Counted from the stretch's first letter, positions 34,350 through 44,937 are shown. The stretch is DNA of 64,000 nt from a virus (IMGVR_UViG_3300046615_000208:1-64000); one strand, 5' to 3'. The notes: a model not told the origin generated them from the sequence alone. Numbers and translations are program-made.

Positions 34350-35024
34350 ATGACGACTAAAGAGAAAGCACTAGAAAGGGCAGCGCTGATTGCTACCACT
34401 GGCAGTATGGCCTACGGGCTGAACCATGCCAACTCCGATCTGGACCAGATGGGAGTCTTCATTGCGCCCACCGTGGAGGTTGCTGGCCTGAACTGGAACA
34501 CACATTCCGAGTCATGGACAAACACATCCCCGGATGGAGACGACCTGACCATGCACGAGGTTGGTAAGTTCCTGCGTCTGTGCCTCGGTGGTAACCCGAC
34601 ACTGATCGAGTTGCTTTTTATGAACGAGTATAGTATACTTACAGATGATGGCAAAGAGATTGTGGCTATTCGGGATTCAATCATCTCCGAGCGAACTCTT
34701 CGTAAGTCCTACTACGGTTATGCTAAATCCCAGTTTGAGCGAATCAGACAAGACGAGGATAACTTCAAGCACAAGATGGCGCGACACACATTGCGCATCG
34801 CCAGACAGGGTACATCTCTCATTTCAACCGGTGGTTTCGATGTGAAGGTGGACAACCCCCAAGAGTACTTCGATTTGACTACGCTACCTTTTAACGAGAT
34901 GCTGGATGTCATCAGAGATGAACTAAACATTCTGGATACGTGCAAGTCGGTTATCCCTGACGAGCCAGACCGAGAAGCTGTTGCGGAAGTTCTACGAGCT
35001 ATCCGCTTCGAAAACCTCCTGTAG
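34350..35024 (+). CDS. Predicted nucleotidyltransferase (YcgL-like)
   Basis: GSMAYGL..NSDLD..GVF, GNP..IELL, YYGYA.SQ. Confidence 0.85.
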   Translation: MTTKEKALERAALIATTGSMAYGLNHANSDLDQMGVFIAPTVEVAGLNWNTHSESWTNTSPDGDDLTMHEVGKFLRLCLGGNPTLIELLFMNEYSILTDDGKEIVAIRDSIISERTLRKSYYGYAKSQFERIRQDEDNFKHKMARHTLRIARQGTSLISTGGFDVKVDNPQEYFDLTTLPFNEMLDVIRDELNILDTCKSVIPDEPDREAVAEVLRAIRFENLL

Positions 35025-35086
35025 TAACTTAAGATAGGCCCTCACTTTGTGGGGGCCTATCTGCTCCAACGAAAAAGAAAGAGACA

Positions 35087-36469
35087 ATGAACAAATTCCT
35101 AAAGCAGATTCCACGCCCGGTCAAGTCAGACGAAGAAAAGTCGTTTGATTTCGAGCAGGCAGTAAAAGATGTCACCGCACTTATTTCCCTTGTCTCAATT
35201 CCTACTGGCGGTAACCGGCTGGCACGCTCTGTGACTATGGTCTCTGCCGGTCTCACCATTGCCTCACTTGGCAGGAATGTGTACCGCTACGCCCAGAACG
35301 TAGTCCACGGTCGGGACTTCACCTTGAAGATCGAAGAGGATGATTACCTCTACGATGTGGCAGAAAAGTGGCTTATGTCATCCCTCCCGGAGGACAAGAA
35401 ACGTGCTGTATTTGTCCGCACCGTCTGGACCTCGGCCAACGACTACAGCCCCTCCAAGTTCAATTGGAAGATGACTTACGACGGTTCCATCGAACAGGAC
35501 ATCACCATCAACGGCCACACTGTCACGGTCGGTACAGAGAAGGGGGATGGCCCGGAAAAGAAGAAAGATGAGCCTTCCAAGTTCGACAAGTTCGCTACAG
35601 GTCGGACAATCATCTTCAGGTGCCCCTCAGCAGCCGCACGTGACGATGTGAGGGCCGAACTGGTGAAGGAGGGCCAACTACGCACACGCCGCTCTCCGGG
35701 CTTCTACACGAGCCGCTGGGGGTCTTTCCACCGCACCTCTTCAATCGCTCGCCGCGAGAAGGATTCTGTCATTCTCAAGGAAGGTCAGATGGACCGCGTC
35801 ATCGACCACATCCGTCAGTTCCGTCAGAACGAGGAAGAATACGACAAGTTCGGTATCCCGTTCCGAACTGGCATTATGCTCTCGGGCACTCCCGGCTCCG
35901 GTAAGACCTCAACGGCGACTGTAGTTGCCAACGAGCTTGACATGGATGTATACTACCTGTCAATCCTTGCGATGGAAGGAGACTCTGATCTGGAGACCAG
36001 CATCGGTCGTGTTCCGCCGAATGTTATGGTGGTACTGGAAGATATCGATGCTGTACGCGCCACCAAGGACCGCAGCGAAGAGCTAACAGCCGCAGACGTT
36101 CCGAATAACAACGATGTGTCTCTGTCGGCACTTCTGAACGTTCTGGATGGTATGCAGTCTCCGCGTGGTGTTGTGTTCGTTATGACCACCAACCACCCTG
36201 AGAAGCTTGACCCGGCCCTGAAGCGTCCGGGACGCGTGGACCTGCACGAACATCTGACCCATCTGGATCACCACCAGCTTACCCAGATGATCAACTACTA
36301 CTCCGGTGGCACCTATGACGGATTTATCCCGTATGTTGATCCAGAGGATGAGATCACGTCTGCCGAAGTGATGCAGGTCATTCGCAAGAACCTTCCGAAG
36401 CAGGAAGTCTACGGCTCTGAAGTTTCAAGGTACGTCTCAGACAAGCTCTTGACAAAGCTCGAATCCTAG
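35087..36469 (+). CDS. BCS1-like AAA+ ATPase
   Basis: GIPFRTG..L.GTPGSGKT, LEDID, LS.LLN.LDG, TTNHPEKLDPALKRPGRVD. Confidence 0.88.
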   Translation: MNKFLKQIPRPVKSDEEKSFDFEQAVKDVTALISLVSIPTGGNRLARSVTMVSAGLTIASLGRNVYRYAQNVVHGRDFTLKIEEDDYLYDVAEKWLMSSLPEDKKRAVFVRTVWTSANDYSPSKFNWKMTYDGSIEQDITINGHTVTVGTEKGDGPEKKKDEPSKFDKFATGRTIIFRCPSAAARDDVRAELVKEGQLRTRRSPGFYTSRWGSFHRTSSIARREKDSVILKEGQMDRVIDHIRQFRQNEEEYDKFGIPFRTGIMLSGTPGSGKTSTATVVANELDMDVYYLSILAMEGDSDLETSIGRVPPNVMVVLEDIDAVRATKDRSEELTAADVPNNNDVSLSALLNVLDGMQSPRGVVFVMTTNHPEKLDPALKRPGRVDLHEHLTHLDHHQLTQMINYYSGGTYDGFIPYVDPEDEITSAEVMQVIRKNLPKQEVYGSEVSRYVSDKLLTKLES

Positions 36470-36519
36470 GATACAATGCTGCCGCTTTACTTTTTGCTCT
36501 AACTCGTGTAGAATAGAGA

Positions 36520-36816
36520 GTGTACTACCCACTAGACTTAGGAAATACACTCGTGATTAATATTGTAGTAAACTACGCGTATCAGACATTGGGAGCGGCA
36601 GCATTGCCCGAAGACCAGAAATGGGGCTTTGGAAAGATGCACATGGCCGCAGAACGTTGGCCCGAAACCGCCGAAGAGCTAAAGGAAGTCGCTCGTACTA
36701 TCGGCCTAGAAGGCAAATATGAGGCCGTCGCGATCCAGAACATTCGGTCGGTAGACAAGCTGATCGATGATGGTGACATTGTCATCGAGGGGACTATCGT
36801 TGACGATGCAGAGTAA
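36520..36816 (+). CDS. Hypothetical protein
   Basis: ORF upstream of WhiB; start uncertain. Confidence 0.6.
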   Translation: MYYPLDLGNTLVINIVVNYAYQTLGAAALPEDQKWGFGKMHMAAERWPETAEELKEVARTIGLEGKYEAVAIQNIRSVDKLIDDGDIVIEGTIVDDAE

Positions 36817-37201
36817 TTGGGCGGAGGACGCCTCCTGCCAGAATACCACGGTGGACTTCTACTCACAAGACACAACTGAAAAGAAACTGGCAAAGGCGAT
36901 CTGCGCCGAATGCCCTGTTAGACAAATCTGCCTCCAGACAGCCCTTGACAACAAGGAACGCTTCGGCATCTGGGGAGGGGCAGATGAAATTGAACTCCGC
37001 AAGGACATGGCTATCAACGCCAAAGGTGAGTCCCACGTATCAACACAAGGCAAGATTCGTTGCCCGTATTGTGGGCCGCTCTCGACCAAATACCTGAAAG
37101 TTGTTGCCCGACATCGTACACGTACTGATATCGAGTGCACCAACTGTGGTACCCATTGGACAGCACGAAAGCTGATCAACAAGCGGGGCACCAACTGGTA
37201 A
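36806..37201 (+). CDS. whiB: WhiB-family regulator with a C-terminal Zn ribbon
   Basis: C..AKAIC.ECPV...C, FGIWGG; extra CPYC..CTNC. Confidence 0.88.
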   Translation: MQSNWAEDASCQNTTVDFYSQDTTEKKLAKAICAECPVRQICLQTALDNKERFGIWGGADEIELRKDMAINAKGESHVSTQGKIRCPYCGPLSTKYLKVVARHRTRTDIECTNCGTHWTARKLINKRGTNW

Positions 37202-37271
37202 ATGGACTCAGACCTTTCCTTGTGGTAGAATTCTATACACAAAACAATGAAAACGCAAGGGAAGAAGTTAC

Positions 37272-39380
37272 ATGTCCAAATGGGATGAGCAGTTTGCCCC
37301 GGTTCTAGCACAGGGCCGGGAAGTACGAGAGGGGCAGAGAACCCTCGGCAACGCGATCATCGATGTGGTGGAAAAGGGCGGCAACCTAATTGCCGAAGCA
37401 TCAACAGGCACCGGTAAGTCATTCGCGACTCTGGTGCCTGTGATCGTTGCAGTCCAAAAGGCAAAAAAGAAGAAAGAAGACTACCGTGGTGTTGTCTCTA
37501 CGGAGACCCTAACACTTCAGGACCAGATTTTCAAGAAGGACTTGCCGTTCCTCGCAACCTTGTATCCGGACTTCACCTATGGTAAGCTCATGGGTAGAAG
37601 CAATTATCTCTGCTTCGAGGTCGCAAAAGACAACGCAATCGGTGTCAAGGAACTCGATGCACTGGTAACCTTGCTTGAGACCCGTCAAGCCAACCTTGGC
37701 GATGGCGAAAAGTCTGACGTTGAACGTGTCATCGGGCGTAAACTGGAGAAGGAAGAGTGGAGCAAGCTAGCTGGCTCTTCTACTTTCTGTGGCGAGAACA
37801 AGTGCCTCCCTGATGTCTGCTATGGTGCCAAGGCACGTAAGACTGCCAAAGAGGTCGATATCCTCGTAGTCAACCATGCTGTGCTTGCAACGGACCTCGA
37901 AATCCGCTCCAACGCACTCCCGGAGTCCGGGGCGGAAGATGGTCTCGTGGGTACCTTCGAGACTCTGATTGTTGATGAGGCCCACGAGCTTGCCCCTGTC
38001 CTTGTTGAGCAGGGCACTAAGGAAGTCTCCCTATGGGAACTCTCCGCCATGGGCGGGACCATCATTGCCGGTATTGAGCATGCCCAGCTTGTCCTCGCCA
38101 ATGCCTCTATCGGACGCATTGCTTCTGAAGCTGTGGATGATATTGTAGATGCGTTCAACTCCATCCAGAAGTTCTATCAGCTTCTTGCTGAGAAGTCTGG
38201 AGAGCAGTGGACCAACTACAGCACGGCGGTGTGCATCAAGAACCTCATGATGGGCCAGCCAGCGTACATAATCCACGCCATGGATGTCTATGAGCAGCAG
38301 GTCCCGCAACTCCTTCAGAACGCCCTAGAGACGCTGGAGAAGGTGCAGAAGTACCTCACCAAGGGTGTAGCTGTAGCCTTCGAGGAAAAACTCAAGAAGC
38401 GTGTCAAGATTTCCAAAGCGCTCCGCACTGCGGGAGAGCTTGCCGGTAACGTCCGTATCCTCCAGTCTGCCATGCAGACCAAGGACGGGATCATCTCCGA
38501 GTACGGAATCTATGGTGTCACTGTCCGTGGCTGGGAGAAAAAGAAGGACAACTCCAAGGGCATGACCATGAGGATGAAGCCCATGGATGTGTCTGGACGT
38601 GCACAATACCTCTTCCACAACAAGACCAACATCCTTGTCTCGGCAACCCTCACAGACCTTACAGACGGTACATTCAAGTACGTCAAGACCGCCACAGGGT
38701 TCCCATCCGGTGCCAAGGAACTCCGAGTCACAACCCCGTTCGACCTTGCCACCCAGCAGATGTTCTACATGACTCCTGCCACAGGGACAAAGGTCGGGCA
38801 CCTCCGTGGCGCACAGTTTGACTTCGATGAACTCGTTGACCTCATTATGGCTGCACGTGGCCGGTCCCTTGTCCTGTTTACCTCTCGCGAGGAACTGGAT
38901 TGGGCCTCTGAGGCTGTCAAGGTTCTGCATGCTCAGGGTGTGTTCCCATACAACATCCTAGTACAGGAACGTGACGCTGACAAGGCAGAACTGATGGATA
39001 AGTTCAAGTCAGACACGCACTCGGTATTGTTTGCTACCAAGAGTTTCTTTGTGGGCATCGACGTTCCCGGTGAAGCGCTGTCCGCTGTGTGGATTTGCAA
39101 GTGGCCTAACCCACAGTACAATGCCGAATGCAAGCAGCAGGTCATCTACTGGGGCGGTCGGGGGTTCAAGAAATGGTACGAACGTGAGTCTTTGACAACA
39201 TTCCAACAGGGTGCTGGACGATTGATCCGGTCATCTGGTTGCAGAGGCGTCGTAGGTGTGCTAGACTTTAGAGTCTCCGACGCAAAGCAGAGCGTCTACA
39301 AGTCTGCTCTAACTGGCGTACAGGCCATCGGCTCACCAGTGACAATCAAAATTGATGATGTCAAGACCTTCTTGGCATAA
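37272..39380 (+). CDS. DinG/YoaA-like Fe-S helicase
   Basis: EASTGTGKS, GRSNYLC, VNHA, DEAH, SAT, LFTS, GIDVPG, QGAGRLIR. Confidence 0.9.
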   Translation: MSKWDEQFAPVLAQGREVREGQRTLGNAIIDVVEKGGNLIAEASTGTGKSFATLVPVIVAVQKAKKKKEDYRGVVSTETLTLQDQIFKKDLPFLATLYPDFTYGKLMGRSNYLCFEVAKDNAIGVKELDALVTLLETRQANLGDGEKSDVERVIGRKLEKEEWSKLAGSSTFCGENKCLPDVCYGAKARKTAKEVDILVVNHAVLATDLEIRSNALPESGAEDGLVGTFETLIVDEAHELAPVLVEQGTKEVSLWELSAMGGTIIAGIEHAQLVLANASIGRIASEAVDDIVDAFNSIQKFYQLLAEKSGEQWTNYSTAVCIKNLMMGQPAYIIHAMDVYEQQVPQLLQNALETLEKVQKYLTKGVAVAFEEKLKKRVKISKALRTAGELAGNVRILQSAMQTKDGIISEYGIYGVTVRGWEKKKDNSKGMTMRMKPMDVSGRAQYLFHNKTNILVSATLTDLTDGTFKYVKTATGFPSGAKELRVTTPFDLATQQMFYMTPATGTKVGHLRGAQFDFDELVDLIMAARGRSLVLFTSREELDWASEAVKVLHAQGVFPYNILVQERDADKAELMDKFKSDTHSVLFATKSFFVGIDVPGEALSAVWICKWPNPQYNAECKQQVIYWGGRGFKKWYERESLTTFQQGAGRLIRSSGCRGVVGVLDFRVSDAKQSVYKSALTGVQAIGSPVTIKIDDVKTFLA

Positions 39381-39394
39381 GGAAAAGGAAAACA

Positions 39395-40558
39395 ATGAAA
39401 CTATCTGATTACGCTGGGGAGGTAAGAATCTCTTCCAATGATGCAAAAACCTTTGTCCAGTCATGGTTCAAGGCGGACGACAAGATTTGCATCTCGGGTC
39501 TCCGATCCGAACGTAGCGGCTCCATGGATGCAGTGTCCCAGTCTATGACGGCTAGGGAGTTTGTGTCAACGACCGATGACCAGTCCCTAGAGGATACCGT
39601 CTTCGGTGAAGATGGCAGCATGTGGAATATCTACATCTCTGTCTGCCCGATCAAGGAAGACGTGACCCTGAAGCAGCGCGGAACAAAGTCCAATGTGGAC
39701 TACGTTCCCGGTGTGTGGGCTGATCTCGATGTGAAGGAGGGCGGGTTCTCTTCCCAGAAGGAAATCCTCCAGTGGCTCAACGAGCTTGAACTTCTGCCCA
39801 CGGTTATCTGTTCCTCCGGGTCCAGCGGTGTGCACGCCTACTGGAAGCTACGTTGGGACGAAAAGGGTAACGAAGCGCTGGTCGATAGCTGGTGGTCCTA
39901 CCTTGACGAAATGGCTGGCGAGCGTAAGATTGACAAGCTCATTGACATTACCCGTATCCTCCGACTTCCCGGAACCATCCGGTTCCCTAAGAAGGAAGAG
40001 ACTTCCGGTAAACTGGGTTCTGTCTCCATCATCTCGATCTACCCTGACCGCCGCTACTCTGTGTCACAGATACAGGAAGTATCCGCCGAAGCTATGGCCC
40101 GTAAGGCAACCGAACGAAAGCGGACAATCCAGAAGATTGCAGAACGCCGTGCACAGGTAGACGAGATGGCACGTGGACTTATCGATGTCAACACCCACTG
40201 GGGATACCTTCAGGCCATTGCACACGTCGAGGACTATGTCAATGAGAACTGGCAGTGGGCGCATATTCTGGAGCCGCACGGATGGAAGTACCGCAGGACA
40301 CTCTCTGACGGGTCCAAGGAATGGGCACGTCCGGGCCAGAGTGACCGCTCTGCCGTCGTAGATTACGAAGGTAGCCCGGTTATGTCACTTCTGTCTATGA
40401 GTGAGTCTACGGGCCTTGCAGACCTCAAGGACGCAGGCGTTCCCCTCACCAAGTACACCGTGGCCCTGCGTCTGATGTTCGCTGATGACGAAGCGGCTAT
40501 GACCCAGTACGTTGTCGAAGAGCAGAAAGCTTTGGCGACCGAAGAAGCCCTGCGTTAA
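39395..40558 (+). CDS. RepB'-like AEP primase
   Basis: WADLD, SG..G.HAYW, RILRLPGT. Confidence 0.8.
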   Translation: MKLSDYAGEVRISSNDAKTFVQSWFKADDKICISGLRSERSGSMDAVSQSMTAREFVSTTDDQSLEDTVFGEDGSMWNIYISVCPIKEDVTLKQRGTKSNVDYVPGVWADLDVKEGGFSSQKEILQWLNELELLPTVICSSGSSGVHAYWKLRWDEKGNEALVDSWWSYLDEMAGERKIDKLIDITRILRLPGTIRFPKKEETSGKLGSVSIISIYPDRRYSVSQIQEVSAEAMARKATERKRTIQKIAERRAQVDEMARGLIDVNTHWGYLQAIAHVEDYVNENWQWAHILEPHGWKYRRTLSDGSKEWARPGQSDRSAVVDYEGSPVMSLLSMSESTGLADLKDAGVPLTKYTVALRLMFADDEAAMTQYVVEEQKALATEEALR

Positions 40559-40591
40559 AGTAACCATACACACAACCAAGAAAAGGCAATA

Positions 40592-40705
40592 ATGAAGAAA
40601 ATTTACGACACAATCTTCCTCGCTGGCGTACACATCCACATCCTTCTTGACCGAGTTCTCGTGGCCATCGAACACAGGTTTGGGGGTAAGAATGGCAAGA
40701 GGTAA
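40592..40705 (+). CDS. Small hypothetical protein
   Basis: AAGG SD; overlaps the next start. Confidence 0.4.
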   Translation: MKKIYDTIFLAGVHIHILLDRVLVAIEHRFGGKNGKR

Positions 40706-41087
40706 GATCGATAGCAACTGGATATCCAATAACTACCTGTCTTCAACCAACCCTATTACCAGTTTCAGGGGGAGTCTCTACGACAACACAATATACCCTG
40801 CCGTCGATACGTACGCTGATAATGCCGGAATTGACGACCTCACCGGCAGGGAGATGCTGGAGGTTATCCAGAAGGGTGTCTATAAGACTCTGGTGGTCCG
40901 TAGGGACGACGCTAAGGCTCTCTGGGAGGAAGAGGATGATGACGCTTCCTACGGCGAGTACAAGGCCCTGAAGGACGCTGTAGAGCTTCTGGATGCCTTC
41001 TTGAAGCAAGCACCCAACGCCCGATACTCGGGACTGAAGCGTAGGGATGATTACAACCGATATGACGGCTACGGACGACTGTACTAA
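40692..41087 (+). CDS. Hypothetical protein
   Basis: ORF. Confidence 0.65.
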   Translation: MARGKIDSNWISNNYLSSTNPITSFRGSLYDNTIYPAVDTYADNAGIDDLTGREMLEVIQKGVYKTLVVRRDDAKALWEEEDDDASYGEYKALKDAVELLDAFLKQAPNARYSGLKRRDDYNRYDGYGRLY

Positions 41088-41090
41088 CCT

Positions 41091-41384
41091 ATGGCGACCA
41101 AAAGAGGGACATCAAACTCCAACAGCAGAGGTAGCTCCTATTCCCGGAGAGTCCGCAAGCAGTGGCTTCTGGACAGCTTCGGAGACGGCGAAATCGCACT
41201 TTGTTCATTCGACTGCGGTACAGAACTCACATTTGACACAATCACAGTAGACCGCTACCCGCTCTCGGGTATTGACGGTGGAACGTACAAGCGTGACAAC
41301 ATCCGTCCTGCCTGCGGACCCTGTAATTCTGCTGACGGAGCCGCCATCGGTACTGCACGCAAGCAGGCTAGATTGGCTTCTTAG
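41091..41384 (+). CDS. HNH-like protein
   Basis: C..C..TVDR.P...GGTY..DNIRPAC..CN. Confidence 0.75.
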   Translation: MATKRGTSNSNSRGSSYSRRVRKQWLLDSFGDGEIALCSFDCGTELTFDTITVDRYPLSGIDGGTYKRDNIRPACGPCNSADGAAIGTARKQARLAS

Positions 41385-41445
41385 CCCAAGTTGTGATATC
41401 ATTGTTGTAGAAACACCCAACCACTAAAAGAAATACCAAGGTAAT

Positions 41446-41823
41446 ATGGAAAACAAAAAGAGAATTGATCCGGACTACGTACCAGACGAAAAGAAGGTAT
41501 GGAGGCCCGTCTCACTGACCCCTTGCGATGCCCCTCCGGGTAAGCCTGCTGGTCTATACTTCATGGGAATCGAAGAGCTTCAGGGCGCTTGGGTCGGTGA
41601 AGGTGATGATAAGTACTGGGAGGAAGCCGAGTGTGGTACCATCGAGTTCGAGATTCCTACCCCGGATGATCTGAAGCGCGAGTACCCCGGTATCGGTGAT
41701 TTTGTAACAAAGCGTGTCGAAGTTCTTCGTGCACGTCGCTATGTCATCAAGAGATTTGAACCTAACGGCAAGGTAAAGAACGCATTCGACGGTGCCTACA
41801 GTGGCCCTCGTAAGTGGTCCTAA
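41446..41823 (+). CDS. Hypothetical protein
   Basis: ORF with SD. Confidence 0.7.
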   Translation: MENKKRIDPDYVPDEKKVWRPVSLTPCDAPPGKPAGLYFMGIEELQGAWVGEGDDKYWEEAECGTIEFEIPTPDDLKREYPGIGDFVTKRVEVLRARRYVIKRFEPNGKVKNAFDGAYSGPRKWS

Positions 41824-41890
41824 CCTCTCCCTAAACCCAAATGACGAATGACAAAGAAAAATTACAGATCACTATGATAAAAGGTAAAGA

Positions 41891-43579
41891 ATGGGCGAGA
41901 CTCAAATCCTCAACACGCTCTACAAGGAGCTACGTCTAGACAACTGGTGGAAAGACCTACTAGGCCAACCGGCATCCTATGAAGACTTCGATATCTACAA
42001 GGCAATGGAATCCATTCCGCGTACAGAAGCTTCTGCTGCTGCTGCAATTAGTAAGAAACTGGAAAACTACCTATCGTTCGTAGAACTAACGGGTAGATGG
42101 TACATCTGGGATGCCCGTATCCACACACCGTGTGACGGTGAAGGGATCGCGGTCAAAATCGTCAAACTCTTCTACCAGACACTACGTGACGCCTTGGCTT
42201 TTGTCAAGGACTTCATTACGCGTCAGGCACAGGCCGCACGTGTGGCCGGTGGCGACAAGACAGAAGAGAAAGCTGCTGCTATCATGGCAACATACGAAAA
42301 GGGCGAGTTCTCCAAACACCGCAACTTCCGTGACCGTATCGCAACCGATGCCGGAATCTCTGCCGTAGTCCGCATGCTTCGCACTGAGTGTGACGTACCC
42401 AGCGACTACTTCGAGAACGATCAGCGTTGGTTTGTCATGCGTAACTATGTTCTGGACCTTGATGACCTCCGCAAGTCCACCAAGGACAACTTGGTGTTCA
42501 CCTTGCTGGCGCACTCTCCGGAGAGGCCTGTCACCAAGTACTTCGATGCTGAGTACGTCCACGATGCCAACCTGCACCACTGGGACGGCTTCTTGGAACG
42601 CTCAATCCCTAACAGGGCGATGCGCCGGTACTTGCAAAAAGTTACTGGTGCTGCTATGATGGGGACATCGAAACTGAGAACCATTCCTAACCTGTACGGA
42701 CCTCCGGGTTCGGGCAAGTCAGTATTCATCAATACGATGTTCAAGCTGGGTAAGGAAGGTGCTGGATACGCTTGTATGCCTGACTCTAAGGCCATCATCA
42801 AGGTCTCCGGGCAGAACTTCGAGCAGGATGCCATGCGTAGCCGTAGGTTCATTGGCATCTCCGAACCAAGCCACAGCGAGCACATCGATGATGACTTCCT
42901 GAAGAAGTTCACTGGTGACGTGTGGGTTGAGACCCGTACGCTGAATGTGAAGTCCTCAGGCTGGGTTCCGCAGGGTGTAGTATTTGTTGCGTCCAATAAG
43001 CCGCTGCGAATTAACACCCGCGATAAAGCGATTGTCAATCGTGTACAGTTGATCGAATTCCCCATCGAGTTTCAAGCAGAGATGCCCGGAATGTATGTCC
43101 CGGAAGAGCGTCGTATGATTCTGGACCTCGAAGATTTGATCCTTGCAGACCGCAGTCGAATCCTGTCTTGGATTATCCAAGGTATGATTGATTTCGTGCT
43201 GGACGGCCAAAAGCTGTCTCCGCCCGAAGATGTTGTTGCTAAGCGAAATGAAATTGTCACGGACGCATCCACTGCCCTTCGCTGGGTGGATGAGTACGTA
43301 GATGAAGGATACATCCAACTCAACTTTGACGAGGACATGGACCTGAAGCACTGCATCCCTGTGTCAGACGCCTACAGCGCTTACACACTTTGGGCTGCGC
43401 TTGCTGGCGAGCGTAAGCCGCTGAGTAGGAAATTCTTTACTCAGGACATTGAAAACAAGTTCCAAGAGAAGCAAAAGGATGAAGATGGTGTGTGGAGGCT
43501 CACAGGTTTCGTGATGACCGCCAAATACCTGACCCGTTCCGCAGCAGCCCAGTCTCCACAGGCAGTTGCTCGGTTCTAG
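41891..43579 (+). CDS. D5-like SF3 helicase (primase-helicase partner)
   Basis: GRWYIWD, GPPGSGKS, ISE, KFTG, SNKP, NRV..IEF. Confidence 0.88.
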   Translation: MGETQILNTLYKELRLDNWWKDLLGQPASYEDFDIYKAMESIPRTEASAAAAISKKLENYLSFVELTGRWYIWDARIHTPCDGEGIAVKIVKLFYQTLRDALAFVKDFITRQAQAARVAGGDKTEEKAAAIMATYEKGEFSKHRNFRDRIATDAGISAVVRMLRTECDVPSDYFENDQRWFVMRNYVLDLDDLRKSTKDNLVFTLLAHSPERPVTKYFDAEYVHDANLHHWDGFLERSIPNRAMRRYLQKVTGAAMMGTSKLRTIPNLYGPPGSGKSVFINTMFKLGKEGAGYACMPDSKAIIKVSGQNFEQDAMRSRRFIGISEPSHSEHIDDDFLKKFTGDVWVETRTLNVKSSGWVPQGVVFVASNKPLRINTRDKAIVNRVQLIEFPIEFQAEMPGMYVPEERRMILDLEDLILADRSRILSWIIQGMIDFVLDGQKLSPPEDVVAKRNEIVTDASTALRWVDEYVDEGYIQLNFDEDMDLKHCIPVSDAYSAYTLWAALAGERKPLSRKFFTQDIENKFQEKQKDEDGVWRLTGFVMTAKYLTRSAAAQSPQAVARF

Positions 43580-43619
43580 TCATTTTGCTTAACCACCCCC
43601 AAAATGATAGGATATAACC

Positions 43620-43979
43620 ATGAACATCACAGAGAGCGATTCAAACATCGACATTGAAGAAGTCCGCGAAATTGTCACCAATGATTTCAAAGGTGACAAA
43701 ATCGAAAGGCTTCTGTACGAAGCAGGCCTAGATACTGAACATAAGGTTGGCGAAGAAGGAACTACGGTTTTGGAAATCACAGCAGAAAATGTTACAGTCA
43801 TCATGTCAGAAACATGGGAGGCCGATGGTGAGTGGTATATTGATCCCGCAACTGTAATTCTGGACGTACTCGTGAACAGGAACTTCGTCAACACCTCGTT
43901 CCCGGATCGAAAAGAAATCCCCTCGGAGAACGAACTGGTAGCGTACATCACTAACATCTTCGAGGAAGAACTTAACTAG
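43620..43979 (+). CDS. Hypothetical acidic protein
   Basis: ORF with AGGA SD. Confidence 0.65.
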   Translation: MNITESDSNIDIEEVREIVTNDFKGDKIERLLYEAGLDTEHKVGEEGTTVLEITAENVTVIMSETWEADGEWYIDPATVILDVLVNRNFVNTSFPDRKEIPSENELVAYITNIFEEELN

Positions 43980-44055
43980 GAGTTGACAGGGCTTATCTAC
44001 CCCTGTAAGCTGTAGATACAAAGCAAGACAAACCCAAACAGAAAAGGAAAATGAA

Positions 44056-44454
44056 ATGGCAACTGCAACCAAGTCTGAGACAAAAGTGACTGCGCCTGCT
44101 CCGGGTCTCACCCCGGAAGAGATCGAAGCGGCTGAGGCGGAACAGGTCTTCCCGATCTCCCGCGAAGGCCTGATCGCCCAGCGTCGGTACCACCGTCTCG
44201 CGAACAAGATCAAGGAACTGAAGGCGGAACAGGATGAGGCACAGGCCTTCCTCGAAGCTGAATGCGCCTCCAAGGGTGCCAAGAAGCTCACCTACAAGGG
44301 TGTCGTGGCTGTGGAGATCGTCGGTACCACCAAGACCACCAACGACTACAAGGGTCTGTGGGCCAAGTTCCCGGCAATCCAGCAGGTCTTCGTGTCTGAG
44401 TTCCAGACCAAGGACACCGACGCTACCCGCTTCGATGCAAAGAAGCCCGTCTAA
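44056..44454 (+). CDS. Hypothetical protein
   Basis: Strong codon bias; promoter upstream. Confidence 0.75.
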   Translation: MATATKSETKVTAPAPGLTPEEIEAAEAEQVFPISREGLIAQRRYHRLANKIKELKAEQDEAQAFLEAECASKGAKKLTYKGVVAVEIVGTTKTTNDYKGLWAKFPAIQQVFVSEFQTKDTDATRFDAKKPV

Positions 44455-44783
44455 TGAGCGAAATCCAGACAGTAGCGGTTCGGCTCTCAGAAGATGTACG
44501 CGGCAAGACGGCTAGGGCAAGTTCCGTCAGGCACTACGATGAAAATCTGGCCAAGGTCTTCCCGTACTTCATCGTAGGCGATCCGGGACTGATCGGAGAA
44601 TTCTCTGACACCCTCAGTGATGGGTACACCCACGATGGGTATGGCCCATTCTGGCCCAGCTTCGCTTCCGTCAATGATGGTAGGGGAGATGGGAAGGTTC
44701 TGTGGATTTCCGAGGCAGGCCTTGGTTGTCTGCTTACGAAACACCAGAATGATTACATTTTTGACGTACAGGAAAGGCAATAG
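44454..44783 (+). CDS. Hypothetical protein
   Basis: Coupled TAATG. Confidence 0.6.
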   Translation: MSEIQTVAVRLSEDVRGKTARASSVRHYDENLAKVFPYFIVGDPGLIGEFSDTLSDGYTHDGYGPFWPSFASVNDGRGDGKVLWISEAGLGCLLTKHQNDYIFDVQERQ

Positions 44784-44784
44784 T

Positions 44785-44937
44785 ATGGCAAAGACAAATG
44801 CACAGGTGGCACTCGAAGCTGCCGCTGAAATTGCTAAAGCAGGGGCGCAGTCGGGAAGCGGAGGAATTGGATGGCTTAGTACTAACGATGTACTAAGAAC
44901 CGCAGATGCTTTCTACAACTGGCTTGAAAGAAAGTAA
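44785..44937 (+). CDS. Small hypothetical protein
   Basis: AAGG SD; VL.TA..FY.WL motif. Confidence 0.6.
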   Translation: MAKTNAQVALEAAAEIAKAGAQSGSGGIGWLSTNDVLRTADAFYNWLERK

